Notes: generated from the sequence alone by a model not told the origin. Shown: positions 47,591-61,517, counted from the whole stretch's first letter. The stretch: 63,687 bases of DNA, filler included, from Pelomyxa schiedti (GCA_020536535.1; 18 parts of 18 records of this genome joined end to end with filler, not necessarily neighbours in it); one strand, 5' to 3'. Program-made: numbers and translations.

Positions 47591-48787
47591 TCAGGTTACT
47601 TTTAGCTGAAAATTCACAATAATTACCTGACAGCCAGAAACATGATGAACCATACTTCTGTAAATATCCATAGCACTGTTAGCCTCTGATATCGGTTGGA
47701 CAAGGGAGAAAAGTTCCTTGTCTGAGGGGATCAGAGTTTCAAGGGAGGCCACAAATCTTGATTCTGGACCATATCCAAGGGCAATGACCAAGTCTGCTAA
47801 GCTGCTCACAAATGAATCTGTGTCAGGGGACTGTATGGGTGCTGTGGTAGCACCCAAGTTCTGCACATCTTTTTCCATTTAGTTTAATTACAATCAGTCT
47901 CTCCATACTTGGTATTTCTTCTGATGATGAGAGTATATCTTCTCTGGTGCTGGAGAAGGTATCAGGCCCTGAAATAATCTTGAAGCACATAAAAACATCG
48001 CAACCATTGGGATGTTTCTGCTGAAAATGAGTTTTTAACACTATGTAAACGTAGCAACAACATCCAACTTCCTGATTAAAAAAGCCTCAACATCTTTGCT
48101 TGTTGAAAACCTATGCTCACTCAAAAAGGCAAATATCCCTGTTGGTGATCAATCGTTTTCATGGGAATCCCAATATTAAAGATAGATGTTGAGCTTTCAA
48201 TTTGTCAAGATAAGCTAGTATTTACCCAAAAAAGTGTACATACTTCGCTAGAATGATTTTCCCAAGAATAAAAAGGGTCCACTGCTCAAAATCCTCCTCT
48301 GTTTTGAGGTATCTATGAGTATTTACAGTTATGTAGATTTTATTTTACCCTGGATCACAGCTACCCCATTGGCAAACGTCCGAGATAAAGAACAGCACAA
48401 CCTATTGCTCTTCTTGTGTATGAAGTCTATTACGGTCCTCTTTCCAGAGCCTGAATTTAAAGGTATAGGCACAGTAAAAAGAAAGTCATGCAAACTACCT
48501 GGAGCCCCGAAGAGTATAATAACATAGCCTGACGTGCTTTGCGGGTTGTTCACCAGTTCTATTGTACGTGAGAGCACATCCGCCGGATATTCACGAAGCA
48601 TCATGCTGGAATTGGTCAATGTAATGCTTGGAGATGTTTCGGCCGCGGGCTCGCACCCAACATTGGAAGCGGAGACAGTATCGCCGCGAGTCGATAAGGC
48701 TGCGCTGCTGGGTGCATCTGCTCCTATTTGTGCGCTTGTGAGTCTACGACGAGACCGAGGCCCACGTCCGGCTCGGCGCATGGTCAC
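47591..48787 (-). CDS. Putative P-loop NTPase gene or pseudogene, multi-exon
   Basis: Removing the intron GTAGTT...TTCAG joins YVIILFGAP to GSGKRT, giving the Walker-A-like GAPGSGKR after a hydrophobic strand. Downstream frames are hard to join. Confidence 0.45.
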
Positions 48788-49686
48788 TGATGGTCAGCCA
48801 ATATTAATTTATTTCTTTGTTTTCGGGCTGTGGTCTTGCAAATCACATGTGCTGTACCTGAAAGACACACCAGTTTCTGAAATTTCTGCCTTTTTTGAGC
48901 ACTGGAGCTTTGGTGCTCCTTGGGAGACAGAACTCACAACTTGGTACCAAGAGCAAGTGATTGTTGAAGGTGGATTTGTTGATAGATTTCGAGCATGAGG
49001 AACTGATCACTGAGTTCTTCATTGGCTCCACCACATTTCTTTGATGTTTCAACTTATCCTCAAAGAAGGAGGCAACTCAGCTTAGAGTTTCAGTTCCACA
49101 AAGAGTCTACTCCTTTGGAGGTGATCCCAGCACCTCCTGCTTCTTTGAGAGATGATGACATTCGATTGCAACCCACTTCCAGTGTCAGACAACAAGAGCA
49201 ACAGCAACAACCTGCAGCTTCCCCAACTGTTGTAGTCCCTGTGGCAAAACCCAAGAAATGAGGTAAACTCTGTTCAGAAGTTCTGTAAATTAATTCTTTC
49301 TTAGTGTACACTGGCATTTCCCATTAGACTTACCCTAAAAATCATTAATCAGCGTTTTCTCAGCCATCTGGCAGACATCGGCTTTCATCCCCAGCTTTTG
49401 AGAAATCGAAAGCTTGTGAGAAAATGGAAGTGGGTTGTGTTCACATTCTTTGGGGTTTTTGTTTTCTGTTTGGTGGTGGTTTCTGGCAGCCAACCAGAAA
49501 GCAGGTTGCAGGTTTTTTTTTATATCTGGAATGAGTCATTCCGACGTGTGCTCAACAAAAGAAAAAGGTGGTTTTAATGAATCATTNNNNNNNNNNNNNN
49601 NNNNNNNNNNNNNNNNNNNNNNNNNNNNNNTTAATTAATTAANNNNNNNNNNNNNNNNNNNNNNNNNNNNNNNNNNNNNNNNNNNN

Positions 49687-52600
49687 TAATGTACAATGTT
49701 ACCTCACAAAAAGGAACACAATCAGACACTGTAAGATAACAACAACGAATGCGCCCATAGCCATTTTGTGCCTGCCCCACGTGAGGTCGTATGTGGGGTA
49801 AAACCGTCGTAGAATATGCACTGCAGTGCCACCAGCACGAATCACCATCATAAACCGATCATACCAGATAATCAGCCCAACAATCGTCACAAGTATTCCA
49901 ATACCCTGTGTGCAAATGGTTGATTGTTGGTTAACTTGTTTTTTTTTTGATTGGGAATTTGTGTGGGAGGCTTGTGGGGGATAGAGATTGGCTTAAAACA
50001 AACCAGGGATTTGAGTTTGTTGGTTTCCTTCAGTTTGTATTTGCTGAACAGGAACGTTGATATCAGCATCACCGTGGAAGCCACAGCCACGAAAATCAGG
50101 TTTGGGTGTGTCTGTTTAGTGTTTTAAGTGTTGTAAGTGTTTCATTTGCTGATACAATCGCCCTGAAGAAGCAAATCCACTCTGATGGAAAAGGTATTGT
50201 TCCTAAAATCACAACAACAATTGGGAACCAGTACCACATGTTCTTCTGCCAAAGAAGAGTGTGTGAATTGTCAATGTCTGCAGAAAAAGAAAAAACAGAA
50301 ACCTTGGATCCAAGTGAAAACGCATAAAGAATAAATGAGCTCAGCACTGAAAACTGTGGTAATTTGAAATTTAGAGTTCACAGCGTGTCCATTCTGCGAA
50401 AAGGGTATAACTCACCATCACAGATATTCCAACGTAATTATGTTCATGTGGCCCAAGTTCACAGTTGTTGTCAGTTTCCTTGCGTGGGATGCTCAGACAC
50501 TTCCCAAACAAAAGGAGAGTCACAACAAGTCCAACAACACCAAGTGAATTCCTCACAGATGCCAACACCTTGGAATCACAACTTTCCTTAATCAGGGCAC
50601 AATGTTCAATGAAGAATCCCAACCACTGGAATTTCGCGATGTTGGTGGTAACTTTGTAAAAGGAAAAAGCGTGCAGACCTTATAGTGCTGAATGTAACAC
50701 CAGAAGAAGCGTGCCACATCTCTTGGAGACCACCTTGTCTTTGTGAGTATTTTCAGGGAGGAGGAGAGAACCATTTGTCGTGAATCAAGGGATTGTATGT
50801 TGGAAGTTCGTCATCAGTCTCAGGAAGAGGAACTCTCCCCTTTTTCCTCATCACCCAAAGGTACTTTTCTTTGGAGTTGTGGCGAAACTTTTTGGGGTTG
50901 CCGCATTCCATTTCAGATGGTGTTTTTAACCATTTTCTGAAGACGATTAATGCTGCTGCAGTTTTCCACTCCTTTTTTCTGTCTTTGGGAATGTTCTCAT
51001 CCATATATTTCATTGTGTTCCTCACTGAATTTTGAAGTTCTTCTCTGTGAGTGATTTTGTTGGGGGGAATTTGAAAAGAGGAAAAAACCTGATGTGAGGA
51101 ATCCAAACAGAATCATCAGCTGACAGTTGCCTGCGCCAAATTGTGCACACTTGACTGCATGACAGGCAATCCCTTCCAGACAAAAGGGCCCTCCCACAAC
51201 CCTGTGGATTGGCTTGGAATGAATTCAAAGTGGTGGAAGGGGACACACTGTGGTGAAAACACACACAATTCTGACAGCTAATGCACTCCGTTGCAAGCTT
51301 ATGTAACTCATAGGATCTTTGTGGGTGCCCTCTTCAATTGACCGCACCTGACATTCTGGCACCTTGTCTTGGTTCTCAAGTGATTGGTTTGTGAGCTCAA
51401 GTTGAAGTTTGGTCTTGTCCTCCAATTCCTCCCCACTTGCTGGAATCGTGACAAGCTCATCCAAACTGACTGAAGTCTTCTGCGGGAAGTTATTTTGAAA
51501 AGGAATGATTTAATGTTGGCAACACTTGCCTCTCTGGTGGGTTTGTGATTGTAGCCTTCCAGAAACAGAGCAACATGGTGGTGATTAGTTCTCTCAGCAA
51601 TCTCACTTGGAGTGTCACCGTAGACATCACGGAGGGTCAGGTTTGCATTGCCTGAGTTATTGGTTGTTAAGAGGAACAAAGAGACATCAAGAAAAGCAGC
51701 AATACAGTTTTGAACAAGCACTTGCACAACAGTGAGACATCCACGAAAGGCAGCACTCGCCAGAGGCGTCTCCAAGCGATTATCACGGAGATTTACATCA
51801 GCATGATACTGCTTGACCAAAATGTATGCAAGGTATGCGTACCCTCTGTGGAATGAGTGATGGTTGGGAAAGTTTTGGGAAAATCAATAATAATGAGAAG
51901 GAAGTAGGGGGAGGTAGAAAGTGCGATGAACCTGGAACATGCAAGGTGCAATGGNNNNNNNNNNNNNNNNNNNNNNNNNNNNNNNNNNNNNNNNNNNNNN
52001 NNNNNNNNNNNNNNNNNNNNNNNNNNNNNNNNNNNNNNNNNNNNNNNNNNNNNNTATGCGTACCCTCTGTGGAATGAGTGATGGTTGGGAAAGTTTTGGG
52101 AAAATCAATAATAATGAGAAGGAAGTAGGGGGAGGTAGAAAGTGCGATGAACCTGGAACATGCAAGGTGCAATGGCGACACGCCACTATGCGCCTCTGTC
52201 ACATTTACATCACAGTGGCACTCTTCAATCAAGTATCTTGTGGTCTTCACGTATCCTTTATGGCACGCAATGTGCAAAGCGTACAAACCTGTTGTTGATG
52301 AAATGAAGCGTACAAACCTTTCCTTAACAAAATACTCCAGGAATAATCAGAGAGATGGCTGCACACCATTCCGGTATGGGCGTGTTACCCAAGTTGGATC
52401 GTCCTCATTTATGCTTGGCACAGAATCCCCATAGAGGTTGCGTTCCAGAAGTGCCTCCAGTGGACCCATCTTGTCCAGCTTGGCTCTGATGTGTCTCAGC
52501 TGCTCGATTCGTTCCATATTCAGTGCCGCCGACATTGGTTCAGCTACTTCTCTGGGCTCCAAATGAAGCGGTGATTCTGATCGTGGTTGCCAATGCGAAT

Positions 52601-52946
52601 CCGAGTCCGACGCGCGGCCCCCAGCCACCCTCGATCTCCGCCCTCGCCCCGTTGATGTTGTTGTACTAGTTGTTGTCGTTGTTGTTGTTGATGATGCTGT
52701 GGTGGCCGTTGTCAATGCGGGGGTGGTGACACGCCGCGACGTAGACGGTGACGACGAGGTCGTGATGGGGAGGACCGCGCCGCGGCGCGGGGCCGAGGGG
52801 GAACGAGGCGACTCCGCTTCGTAGTCGCTGTTGTTGGAGTCTGAATCATGAGGTGAGTGTTGTTGTGGCTGTTGCTGTGGCCGTTGGTGTCCCAGCTCGA
52901 CGTCGTAATTGGCGCGGTAACTGTGCCTCCCTGACCTTGCTGTCAT
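49687..52946 (-). CDS. Ankyrin-repeat protein with a Cys-rich linker and C-terminal multi-pass membrane region, multi-exon, 3'-truncated
   Basis: Ankyrin repeats ALHIACHKGY, SPLHLAC, TPLASAAFRGC and GDTPSEIA. Cys-rich exons at 51110-51310 and several hydrophobic exons at 49700-50620. That these form a single gene is inferred from same-strand GT-AG continuity. Confidence 0.65.
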
Positions 52947-53006
52947 GTTTTTTGTCGAAAAATGGAGGGGAAGCCTTCAACCGTTTCAAACTTTGATGGG
53001 ACTTTG

Positions 53007-53870
53007 TTACTCTATCTTGATCACGTGACCACCACCACAGGCAGAGAAGGCGAACCTGAGGGGTGACGGGAGGCCAGTGCAACACACAACGCCCCTGTCG
53101 CAGTCACCGACCCTCACACTCATCGTCCCACCACCACCAGGGTGTGTCATGTCCACGGTCACTGTGATCACAGTCCCATCTGGTGTGCTGTCGTACCCGT
53201 TCCTGTTGTCACCTGAGGGCTGTGGCTTCCCGTCGTGGCACGTGCTGTTCCTGTTGTACAGGTTGAAGCCCCAGAAGCCCTCACTTCTGTTGATGCTGCC
53301 CGACGGTGGTGTGGGCTGGTTGGACGTGACTGCAGGGCCAACCACCCCGATGCATGGGGTAAGGCATCTGGTGTTCCTTTTGATGAGTGTGATGCGTGCA
53401 ACTGCCACCGAGCCGGTTGTGACGCACTGTGTTGTCCACACTGTTGCGGCACTACCACTAACACTGACACCAGTTGCAATGTGGTCGTCGTCACTCAGGC
53501 GAGTTAGATAGCGCGATGAAGGGTCCCACGTGAATGTGCCTGTGTGTGTTGGTTGGTCGGTGGGAGTTGAGTGGGCACAAGAAAAAATGCACACCAGTGA
53601 TGCTCTGCAGAAACTTCCAAGTGGTTGACATGACCACACCAGCACACAGTGACCCAACCCTGAAGTCATAGGTATTGTCACCACAGCGAGAGTGCTTGAT
53701 TGGTGGCGATCCAACGGCAGTGACATCACACGATGTCAGTGTTCCACGGCACACTTCATGCCATTCTGATTCAGGTTGTGCGTTGTGTGGCTTCCTCTGC
53801 ACGACGTACCACTGTGTGTTCGTTATCTCAGGCAGTCCTAAGTTTGGGGTAGATTCTGTAAGAGTGTTGG
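53007..53870 (-). CDS. FN3-like + SPRY/B30.2-like domain protein (3' part)
   Basis: FN3-like QWYVVQ..WHEV..TSC.V..YDFRV, then an intron, then SPRY-like FTWDP..LSDDDHIAT..CIGVV..GTVITVTVDM..GTMSV..GLPSPLRFAFS. Confidence 0.65.
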
Positions 53871-54139
53871 TCTAGGAGAGGGACGTTGTGGACTGAATAG
53901 TGTTGCTGTTCTCATATGTTTGTGTTTGCTTATATAACAACTTTGTCAAAACTATTTACACAATACAGAGGGGGTTTATAAGGTGGGTGGGTTGGCTGGT
54001 GCCTGTTAGCTTGAACGCACTCATTCCCGTGAATGACCATAATTAGTTGGCCAACTTGGCGCCTGATCACCACATCGAGATTCCCTGAATCATTCGGCCA
54101 TCACTCCTCACAATTCTGTGGTAATAATCTAAGGTCAAG

Positions 54140-54570
54140 ATCAGTGCCCTGCACAGCTGGATGCACGAATACAGCAATTAGGAAGGTGGCACACAGTTTA
54201 ACATGTTTGATTACATACACACTTGAGAATTGATTTGAAACATCACAGCCTTTTAACCCAACCCCACAAACTCTCTGTGTATCCCTTAATAAAGAATAAA
54301 AGAACTGTGTACTTCCACAAAGTACACGAGCTCGGCCTTGCTCGCGAGGCTCTGAAGTCTGGCGCACTTTAGCGGGATTGGAGAGACTGAGGACTGAGCC
54401 GAATCTGGACTATTACCAGAATGAGACAGCGAAGGTAATGATCAGCGCACAGCGCAGCGGGGCGCACAAATACAGCAACAACAACGTGGCAGGCGGTTTT
54501 GATTACATGCACACTTGTCCGAGAATCCATTTGGACATCGCAGCCTTTTAACCCAATCGCACAACCGCTC
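54140..54570 (+). repeat. Diverged direct repeat of about 130 bp (54140-54270 and 54440-54570)
   Basis: Shared blocks ATACAGCAA, TTTGATTACAT.CACACTTG and ACATC.CAGCCTTTTAACCCAA. Confidence 0.7.
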
Positions 54571-56692
54571 TGCGAGATTTTACACACTCCCTTTTTACAC
54601 AACAACGACGAGAACAAACAAAGAGAACCCTTTATTCTCTTCACTCTCACTCGTTTTCTTCCTCTGTGGGGCTTATTCTCGAGCCCACAGAAGCTAACAG
54701 AACAAGAGAATCTTTCTTCTCTCACTCCCATTCGTTTTGGGACTTATGCTCAAGCACAGAATCTACCCCTAAACTGCCTGAGATAACCAATCACACACGG
54801 ATCTGAGGTGGACTTGAGGGAATTTCTGGAATAGGAAGTGTCAACTCAGGACACTCTACAGGCAGTACTCATCAGGCTTGGAGGTTGTTTCCCTGCTTCT
54901 CAATGTGGTCTCAAAACTTGGCACCTTGACATTCAAATTGCACTCTGGGGGACTTCCTTTCTGTTCCTTAGAACGAAAAACTTGTTACAGAGCCCAACTC
55001 CAATTGTGGGAAGTGTCGGTTCCCACTGAAACTCACAGTGGCCACCCTGGGCAGTTAGAATCCACCAAACACAGCCTGGTTTCCTTGTGGCGCACCTTGA
55101 ACCACAGGGTTTTGACTGGAACACAAAGTGCGCCACTNNNNNNNNNNNNNNNNNNNNNNNNNNNNNNNNNNNNNNNNNNNNTTAATTAATTAANNNNNNN
55201 NNNNNNNNNNNNNNNNNNNNNNNNNNNNNNNNNNNNNTCTCTTAGTTAATCTGGTATTTTGTGTTGTTGGCGCTTTTCCAACTCCCTTTCACTCGGCGTT
55301 TCATCGAATTGTAGTGTAATTTGCATTTGGCAGGCATCATTTTTCTCTTCCACGACTCGTGTGTTCGGTGGGTTCTCAGAGGCGGAAGTTTGCATTCCAC
55401 CTGCACAAGATGAAGATTTGCATGTACGTTAGTGCCACCAAGCTTCTTTCACTTCCTCAGAAGTGGTTATAAATTGAGATGAAATTTTAGAGTACATTGT
55501 ACTGTGTTTGATGCCACACTGCAGCTTGCTCTTAGCAAAAGTCTGACTTATTAATATTTATTACACTTTCAATATAATAGTAAGAATATTGGTGGGAAGG
55601 ACAGGAAATACTAGACCAGTGTGGAACCAGCAAAGTATCTATGAGGTTAAAGTTATTTCAAAATAAAAGCTGCAAAGGAAACCTGCAGTTGAATGGTGTT
55701 ATTTCATCATTGCAGTCAAATGGAACACCTTAAGCTACAATCATAATACTCTTCAAGCAACAAAGAAGCCAGAAGAAAGGAGAAAAAGGAAACCACAAAA
55801 AAAAAAGTGCTTCTCCACTTTTTTTTTGTGGGGAAGAAACACACCCCCCACCACCACAGCAGCCCACCCAGCACAAAAAAAAACAAAAAAGGGGAGAGGG
55901 AAGGGGGAAGGAGGACAATGCCAGTGGATTGGTATCCCAAGTGTGTGACAAGCTACCCAGGAATAATGTCAATACTTTGGTAACCTGACTGGCAAGGGAG
56001 ACTTGCTTGAGCAGCAATACACACAGGCATTTGGTGATGTGAAGCAAACGGTGAAATATAACTGCAATGAGTGGAAAGAAGCTCTGAACAGATATTTGCC
56101 TTAGTGTGCCAGTGTTGAGTTCCTAAAAAGAGTGTTTACTGTGTTTTCTACCTCTTGAAGTACCAAGAGCAGTGTAGACCATGATAAACACTCCTCCTGG
56201 AGAGTGAACCTGCATGTTGTTAACGCTATTACCATTCCCTGAAACTTGCACAGAGGTACCAGGTGAAGGGAAAGGAAACTGCACAAGAACGTGGGCAAGT
56301 GAAGTTAAATAAGAGCTGCACTCCCGAATCACGTGGGCTATTATAATGGGGGCACACGCGGAGGGTTGTGCAGAGTGAATGGTTGAGTTCATCAGGGATG
56401 ATCAAACACGCTGAACTGATGAGCGGCTTTTTATCGGTTGAAATTTTGTTCGAACAAAAGAGCAAATGGCGTGCTGTGTGCCGTTTTTGTTGATGGTTAC
56501 GTTTTCCGTAGTGGAAGCGTGGCTTGTGCTGGTCTTCCTGCGTGTTGATGCCCTGATCACTTTCTCTTGGTGCCTTTTTTTTTTTTTTTTTTNNNNNNNN
56601 NNNNNNNNNNNNNNNNNNNNNNNNNNNNNNNNNNNNTTAATTAATTAANNNNNNNNNNNNNNNNNNNNNNNNNNNNNNNNNNNNNNNNNNNN

Positions 56693-57081
56693 ACAAGGCC
56701 AATGGAAAGCACACTTTCATCTGCCACCAGGTGCAAAAACGAACCTATGGCCCTGCCATCGAACTTACAGAAGTTACAGGCACTACAAAGCAACTTGCCA
56801 GCCACGTGCGCGAGGTTTCACAGCTGGGAACGTTCTTGTTTTGCATTGCAAAGACTGATTCCATAGTTGAAGTCTGGGACTGCAGCAGTGCGGAGGGGTC
56901 TACACTGGTCAGGATCCTGGGGGCGAGGCCAAATGCCTCCCCTCTCGTTACTGCGCACTCAGGATTCTTGTTCCACAGACACAGGAGTAAACATGTGGAT
57001 TTGACTGACCCATGTGGCCGTTTCATTTGTACCATCACTTTACCCATAACACCCAAATCTCTGGTCGTCACCTCATTCTGA
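56693..57081 (+). CDS. Expanded family 1 protein, C-terminal fragment
   Basis: VSQLGTFLFCI..VWDCS..AHSGFLF..LTDPCG. Confidence 0.7.
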
Positions 57082-57170
57082 ACGGGTTTTTCCTATTATT
57101 TTTTCTTTATTATTTTTGTATTTACACTGTTTTGAACTCAACCCCGCTGTAAAAAAGGAACTATGTATTT

Positions 57171-58406
57171 TTATTCCGTGAATGAGCAGGACTCATTAAT
57201 CTCAAGGTTGCACTGTGAGATTGAAGGAGGGAATGAGACATGAAAAGTTTCTGTACCAGACAGTGCTTCAATCACTTTTAGAGTCCATGTCTCCCTCTCC
57301 TGATGCACTGTGATGAAGAACCCCCTTCCTACTGTTACCTTGAAAAAAGTTGAGGAATCCTCAAAAATCCTCAGAGGTGCCTCTGTGTTGTTGCAATCCC
57401 ACAGTGAATACGACCTGGAATTGAAGAACCACATGCAAAATACAGAGGAACTGATTTGACCCAGATATGTGCACCCACTACAGATCCTAGTGGCACTTCC
57501 CGTTTTGGATTCCACTTTAAAAACACCCTGGATGATCTGAACAACGAAAACTACTGAACCGCACATCCTTCTCATCACAAATGACTTGATTCCAAAATTC
57601 CCAAACCTCCCCTCTGTTTCCATCTTCAACACAGTGACGAGGCTCTTGGATTCGTGTGTATTTCGCATATCTATCAAAGTGAACGAAGTGCGGTCAGTTC
57701 TGGTGTCACCAGTGATCACCACTGCCTCGTCTGGATCCATCTTGTTGAAGCAGAAAGCATCGGAATAAGGCTTACCACCCCAAGAAATTGGCATGACAAA
57801 TGGCTCCATTTCAACACTTGGAAATCCCTCTGAACTTGTTGTTGTCAACAAGCTCTCTCCTCCAATTTTCCAAATTGACAGAGTGGACTCTCCCTCAGAT
57901 TGCTTGTTGTGCAACACGATCCAGTTCCCATTGAAGTACATACACATTCCCCCAGTGGGGATCGTGTGTGGCACCCTCTGGTAAGGAGATTCCTGCCAAT
58001 CGCCAAACATCAAGAAGGAACACGGCGCGAAGCACCGGGAGATCCCAGTCCTGTGCGACACCATCTGCCGGCTTGGTCTCAGCGGCCCCCATCGAGCCTC
58101 GTGCGTGACGCTCAGGAGCAGCGGGGACACCCCCACCACGAGGAGGTAGTGGTCGGTATCCACGGCCACCACGAGGGCGAATCGAGTGGCCGTGGCGAGC
58201 ACGAGGTCGCGCCACAGGGACCCGCCGACGAGGGAGGGGACGGCGCACAGTGGGCGGGCTGGGCTGAGTGCCCCGCAGCGCGGGTGCGACGAGGCGGCCA
58301 GGGCCAGGAACTGGGAGTGTGCAGTGGTGGCGAACACACAAGATTCTGGACCAATGGTGTCATCATGACCGACAGGGAAAAGCCGGCTTGTTTCTTGTTG
58401 TTGCAT
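57171..58406 (-). CDS. Expanded family 1 protein, intronless
   Basis: AHSQFLALAASSHPRCGALSP, VGVSPLLLSVT, NGNWIV and LWDCNNTEAPLR..GFF..VIEALSG. Confidence 0.82.
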   Translation of the reverse strand: MQQQETSRLFPVGHDDTIGPESCVFATTAHSQFLALAASSHPRCGALSPARPLCAVPSLVGGSLWRDLVLATATRFALVVAVDTDHYLLVVGVSPLLLSVTHEARWGPLRPSRQMVSHRTGISRCFAPCSFLMFGDWQESPYQRVPHTIPTGGMCMYFNGNWIVLHNKQSEGESTLSIWKIGGESLLTTTSSEGFPSVEMEPFVMPISWGGKPYSDAFCFNKMDPDEAVVITGDTRTDRTSFTLIDMRNTHESKSLVTVLKMETEGRFGNFGIKSFVMRRMCGSVVFVVQIIQGVFKVESKTGSATRICSGCTYLGQISSSVFCMWFFNSRSYSLWDCNNTEAPLRIFEDSSTFFKVTVGRGFFITVHQERETWTLKVIEALSGTETFHVSFPPSISQCNLEINESCSFTE

Positions 58407-61101
58407 CACCGATGTTTCTGGGAAGCCCTGAGAAGGCGGTTTCACATAAAAGATCGGGCGGATTCAATTGGTTTGATGTCTCGAGTAGTGCCGCGGTGCA
58501 CGCGGTCGACAACGAAAAACCAAGCGGCTGCGGCGGCCGCTGCTGCCACTCGCGTAGATCTTAGAGCTTTGTTTTTTTATGATTTTGAACTGACTGTTTA
58601 ACTTTTTTTCCCCCCCGTTTCTCAAATTTTATGTTGCAAATACACAAATATTTAATACACACAACAACAGAGGCAACCCAGTACACCATTGAGGTTGTTG
58701 TTGTTGTCACCAGCTGGTGTGGGTACTCCTATGGCCTTCAAATCAAAGTTCAGGCAAGTAGGCGACCCTGCGTTGATNNNNNNNNNNNNNNNNNNNNNNN
58801 NNNNNNNNNNNNNNNNNNNNNTTAATTAATTAANNNNNNNNNNNNNNNNNNNNNNNNNNNNNNNNNNNNNNNNNNNNACTCGAAGAGTGGCGACACCCCA
58901 TCGCCCGCCACGCACGTTTGATTTCACGGAACCAACAATCTCCGATCTCAAATCTACCAATCAAAGCGGTTTGGAGAATGGCAGAACACCCAACCTCAGC
59001 AAGTTCTCACAGGGCAAGCGAAGGTAGTCGGCCGTGAGGTCACAATAAGTTGTACATTGGGGGGAATGCTCTTACCATAAAATTGGTTCATTGAGTCACC
59101 ACTGTCTTGAATACATTGGCTCTGGTCCCATCCTGTTCTGTGTTCATTCTCAGCTACATGCCTGCCAAGTTCTGTGAGTGGTGTCCACTAACAGGGAGTG
59201 ATGAACACGTGTGTAGTGAGATCAGGAGGGAACAAAGTCTTTATTTATTTTTATTGATCTGGTGAAGTTTGTGGTGAAAGTGGTGTTGCTTATAAGCACT
59301 CTCTCCCATGAATTCCAAGTATTCAGTGGATGCACAGTACAGCATCATGTGCCATTGAATTCCCAGAAGTTGTCTGACTTCTGAGGGTGCTCAGGGCTGA
59401 CTCCGTGATTCCCTATTTCATAAAGTCATCACTTTCACAGTTCTTAGTGACACACACTGAGTACTCGTGGCTGAGTGTTGGACCCCTTTTTTCTTTACCG
59501 AAAGTGCCCGGGTATCCATGCATGGACTTGGTACCCTGTGCCTCATGGCCGTAACAGCTTCTGCTCCCATCACCCCCTTTGCTCGTTCCCCATGACTTCT
59601 GCGATGCCCTGCCACCTATCATCATACACACAAAAAAATCCAGCTGACACAATCAAAAAGCTTGCCTGAGCTTGAATGTTTTTGTGGCCAAATAATGGCC
59701 AAGAGTCATTGAGTCACTGAGAGAATGCCAAAGAGGTGGTCTTACATCATTTCAATGCAATGTTCGTTGCAACCTTATCTGGGGGGTGTTCCCATTCTCC
59801 GACGACGCAAGTTCTCAGAAGTACTGCTTTTTTTCCTGTGGACCATACTTGTGGGAGGTAGAAAAACCCAACTTCTTTTTTCGCCACCAACAACACCTGT
59901 GTATAGTACATCCCAAAGGGAAGTGGGAAAAACCAGCAGCAAAGTGGAGGTAAAAACGAAAAGGGAATGTGGCAGAGTGTAGGAGACCAGGGGAGTGGTG
60001 TGGGTGTGCAAGAGTGAGAGCAAGAGTAAGGGTGTAGTGGTGAAGGCGGAAGGGGTAAAGACTGACATTGCACTCTGTCCATCACATAGCTTGGAGGTAG
60101 CTCAGCCTGCACCTAAATAATATCTTGAGATGAGGGAAAAAAGAGAAAGAAAAAAAAAAAGAAGAAGCCACCTACCTACCTAGAAAGAAGAAGGAGATCA
60201 CAAAGTGCCAGAAATGTAGGGAAGGGCAGTCTTTACATTACCTGTCATGGTTTAGCGATCACACAAAGAGAGGGATTAACCTTGGTGATGATAGGCAGCT
60301 GGCAAGTTGTAACACCACCTGGTATAAAGTGTGAGAACTCGAAAAAGAAAAAACAGACAAGATACCTGAATGGGGTCTAGGATGTGGTGAGTGAGACTTA
60401 AAAAAAAAATGGAAATGTACTGCTTGGTCACCTGCCTCTGTGGTTGTCTGTCCAACAACCTGTGTGGGGTGACAATAAGTTCTGTACAAAAACAAAAACG
60501 AATAAAAAAACAGTCGTATGTATTTCAAACAGAAACGTATAAACGGGATAAAATAAACAAAACAGGGAAAAAAAAAATGCCACAAACAAATAACCTATGT
60601 ATAAAACAAAAAACGGGACGACGGAGCCTCAGCCTGGACACCAAAATACTACGTTTTATGGTACCACGGCCCACCACCTCCAACAACAAATTTGGCCCTT
60701 GTACTTGCACGCCCAACAACGTCGTTCACCATGATCAGAAGTCAAACAACGATTGTGAAGAGTGATGGCTATCACTAAGTATGGTGATCACGGCGGCTGA
60801 CTGGTGCCCCGTTCGCCAACTAATTATGTCCCATTCACAGGAACCAGAGCAGAGAGTGCAAGCTATCAGGCACCAGCCAACCGTCGATCGAAAAAAAAAA
60901 GCACCCGAATGCACTGTCCAGGTACATAAGCAGGTTTCCATCCCCCACCACAACAGAGTGGCATGGGGATGTTTGAAGCCTGCATGGGCGAGGAAAGCAA
61001 ATTAGGGGCTCCTACACACTTCATAAGAAATTGGGTTTTTTGGGCTCTGAGAAATTGTAACGGATTGTAAGGTCCAGTACGTCACTTAACACTCGAAATC
61101 A

Positions 61102-61517
61102 AAGATCTTGGGGGAATGGCGGGTTCCTGACAAAGTGGTACTGGCCTGGTGATACTGAGAGTGTCACACAGGGGTAGATAGGCATCGAAGTGTCTACGCT
61201 GTCGTACCTGAACAGGGAGCCATCATGTTCCAGAACATTTGTACTGTGGCGTGAAGCCTGTCAGGTTCGTGGAATTCCACGAGGAATGACACGCTCTCTC
61301 CCACTGTAACTTGGCCCAGTAAAGGTACTGGGAGCGGGTTGATGAGTACCGCGCTGTATAGTGCTGGTGACCCTTGTATGCGGGGCGAGAACGGGTGCAT
61401 GCACAGGCCGAAGGACTTGAACCCTCTCTTGCTGCAGAGGTGGTGATGGGTGATCGGGAGGAAGTTGCTTTTCCCGCCAAAGGAAGCTGCGTTGTTGATA
61501 TGCCCCCTCAGTGATGA
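61102..61517 (-). pseudogene. SPRY-like C-terminal fragment with an apparent frameshift
   Basis: VTVGESVSFLVEF in one frame continues as DTSMPIYPCVTLS in another. Confidence 0.4.

Noticed and set aside
51834-52175. Duplicated ankyrin exon and intron on both sides of a gap
   Set aside because: An identical overlap of about 120 bp flanking a 100-N gap is a typical scaffolding artefact.
55238-56592. Possible multi-exon gene on the minus strand
   Set aside because: Exon-like fragments contain stops and no recognisable motif, so no call is supportable.
58878-61050. Short ORFs in a low-complexity region
   Set aside because: No coherent splice path or motif was found.
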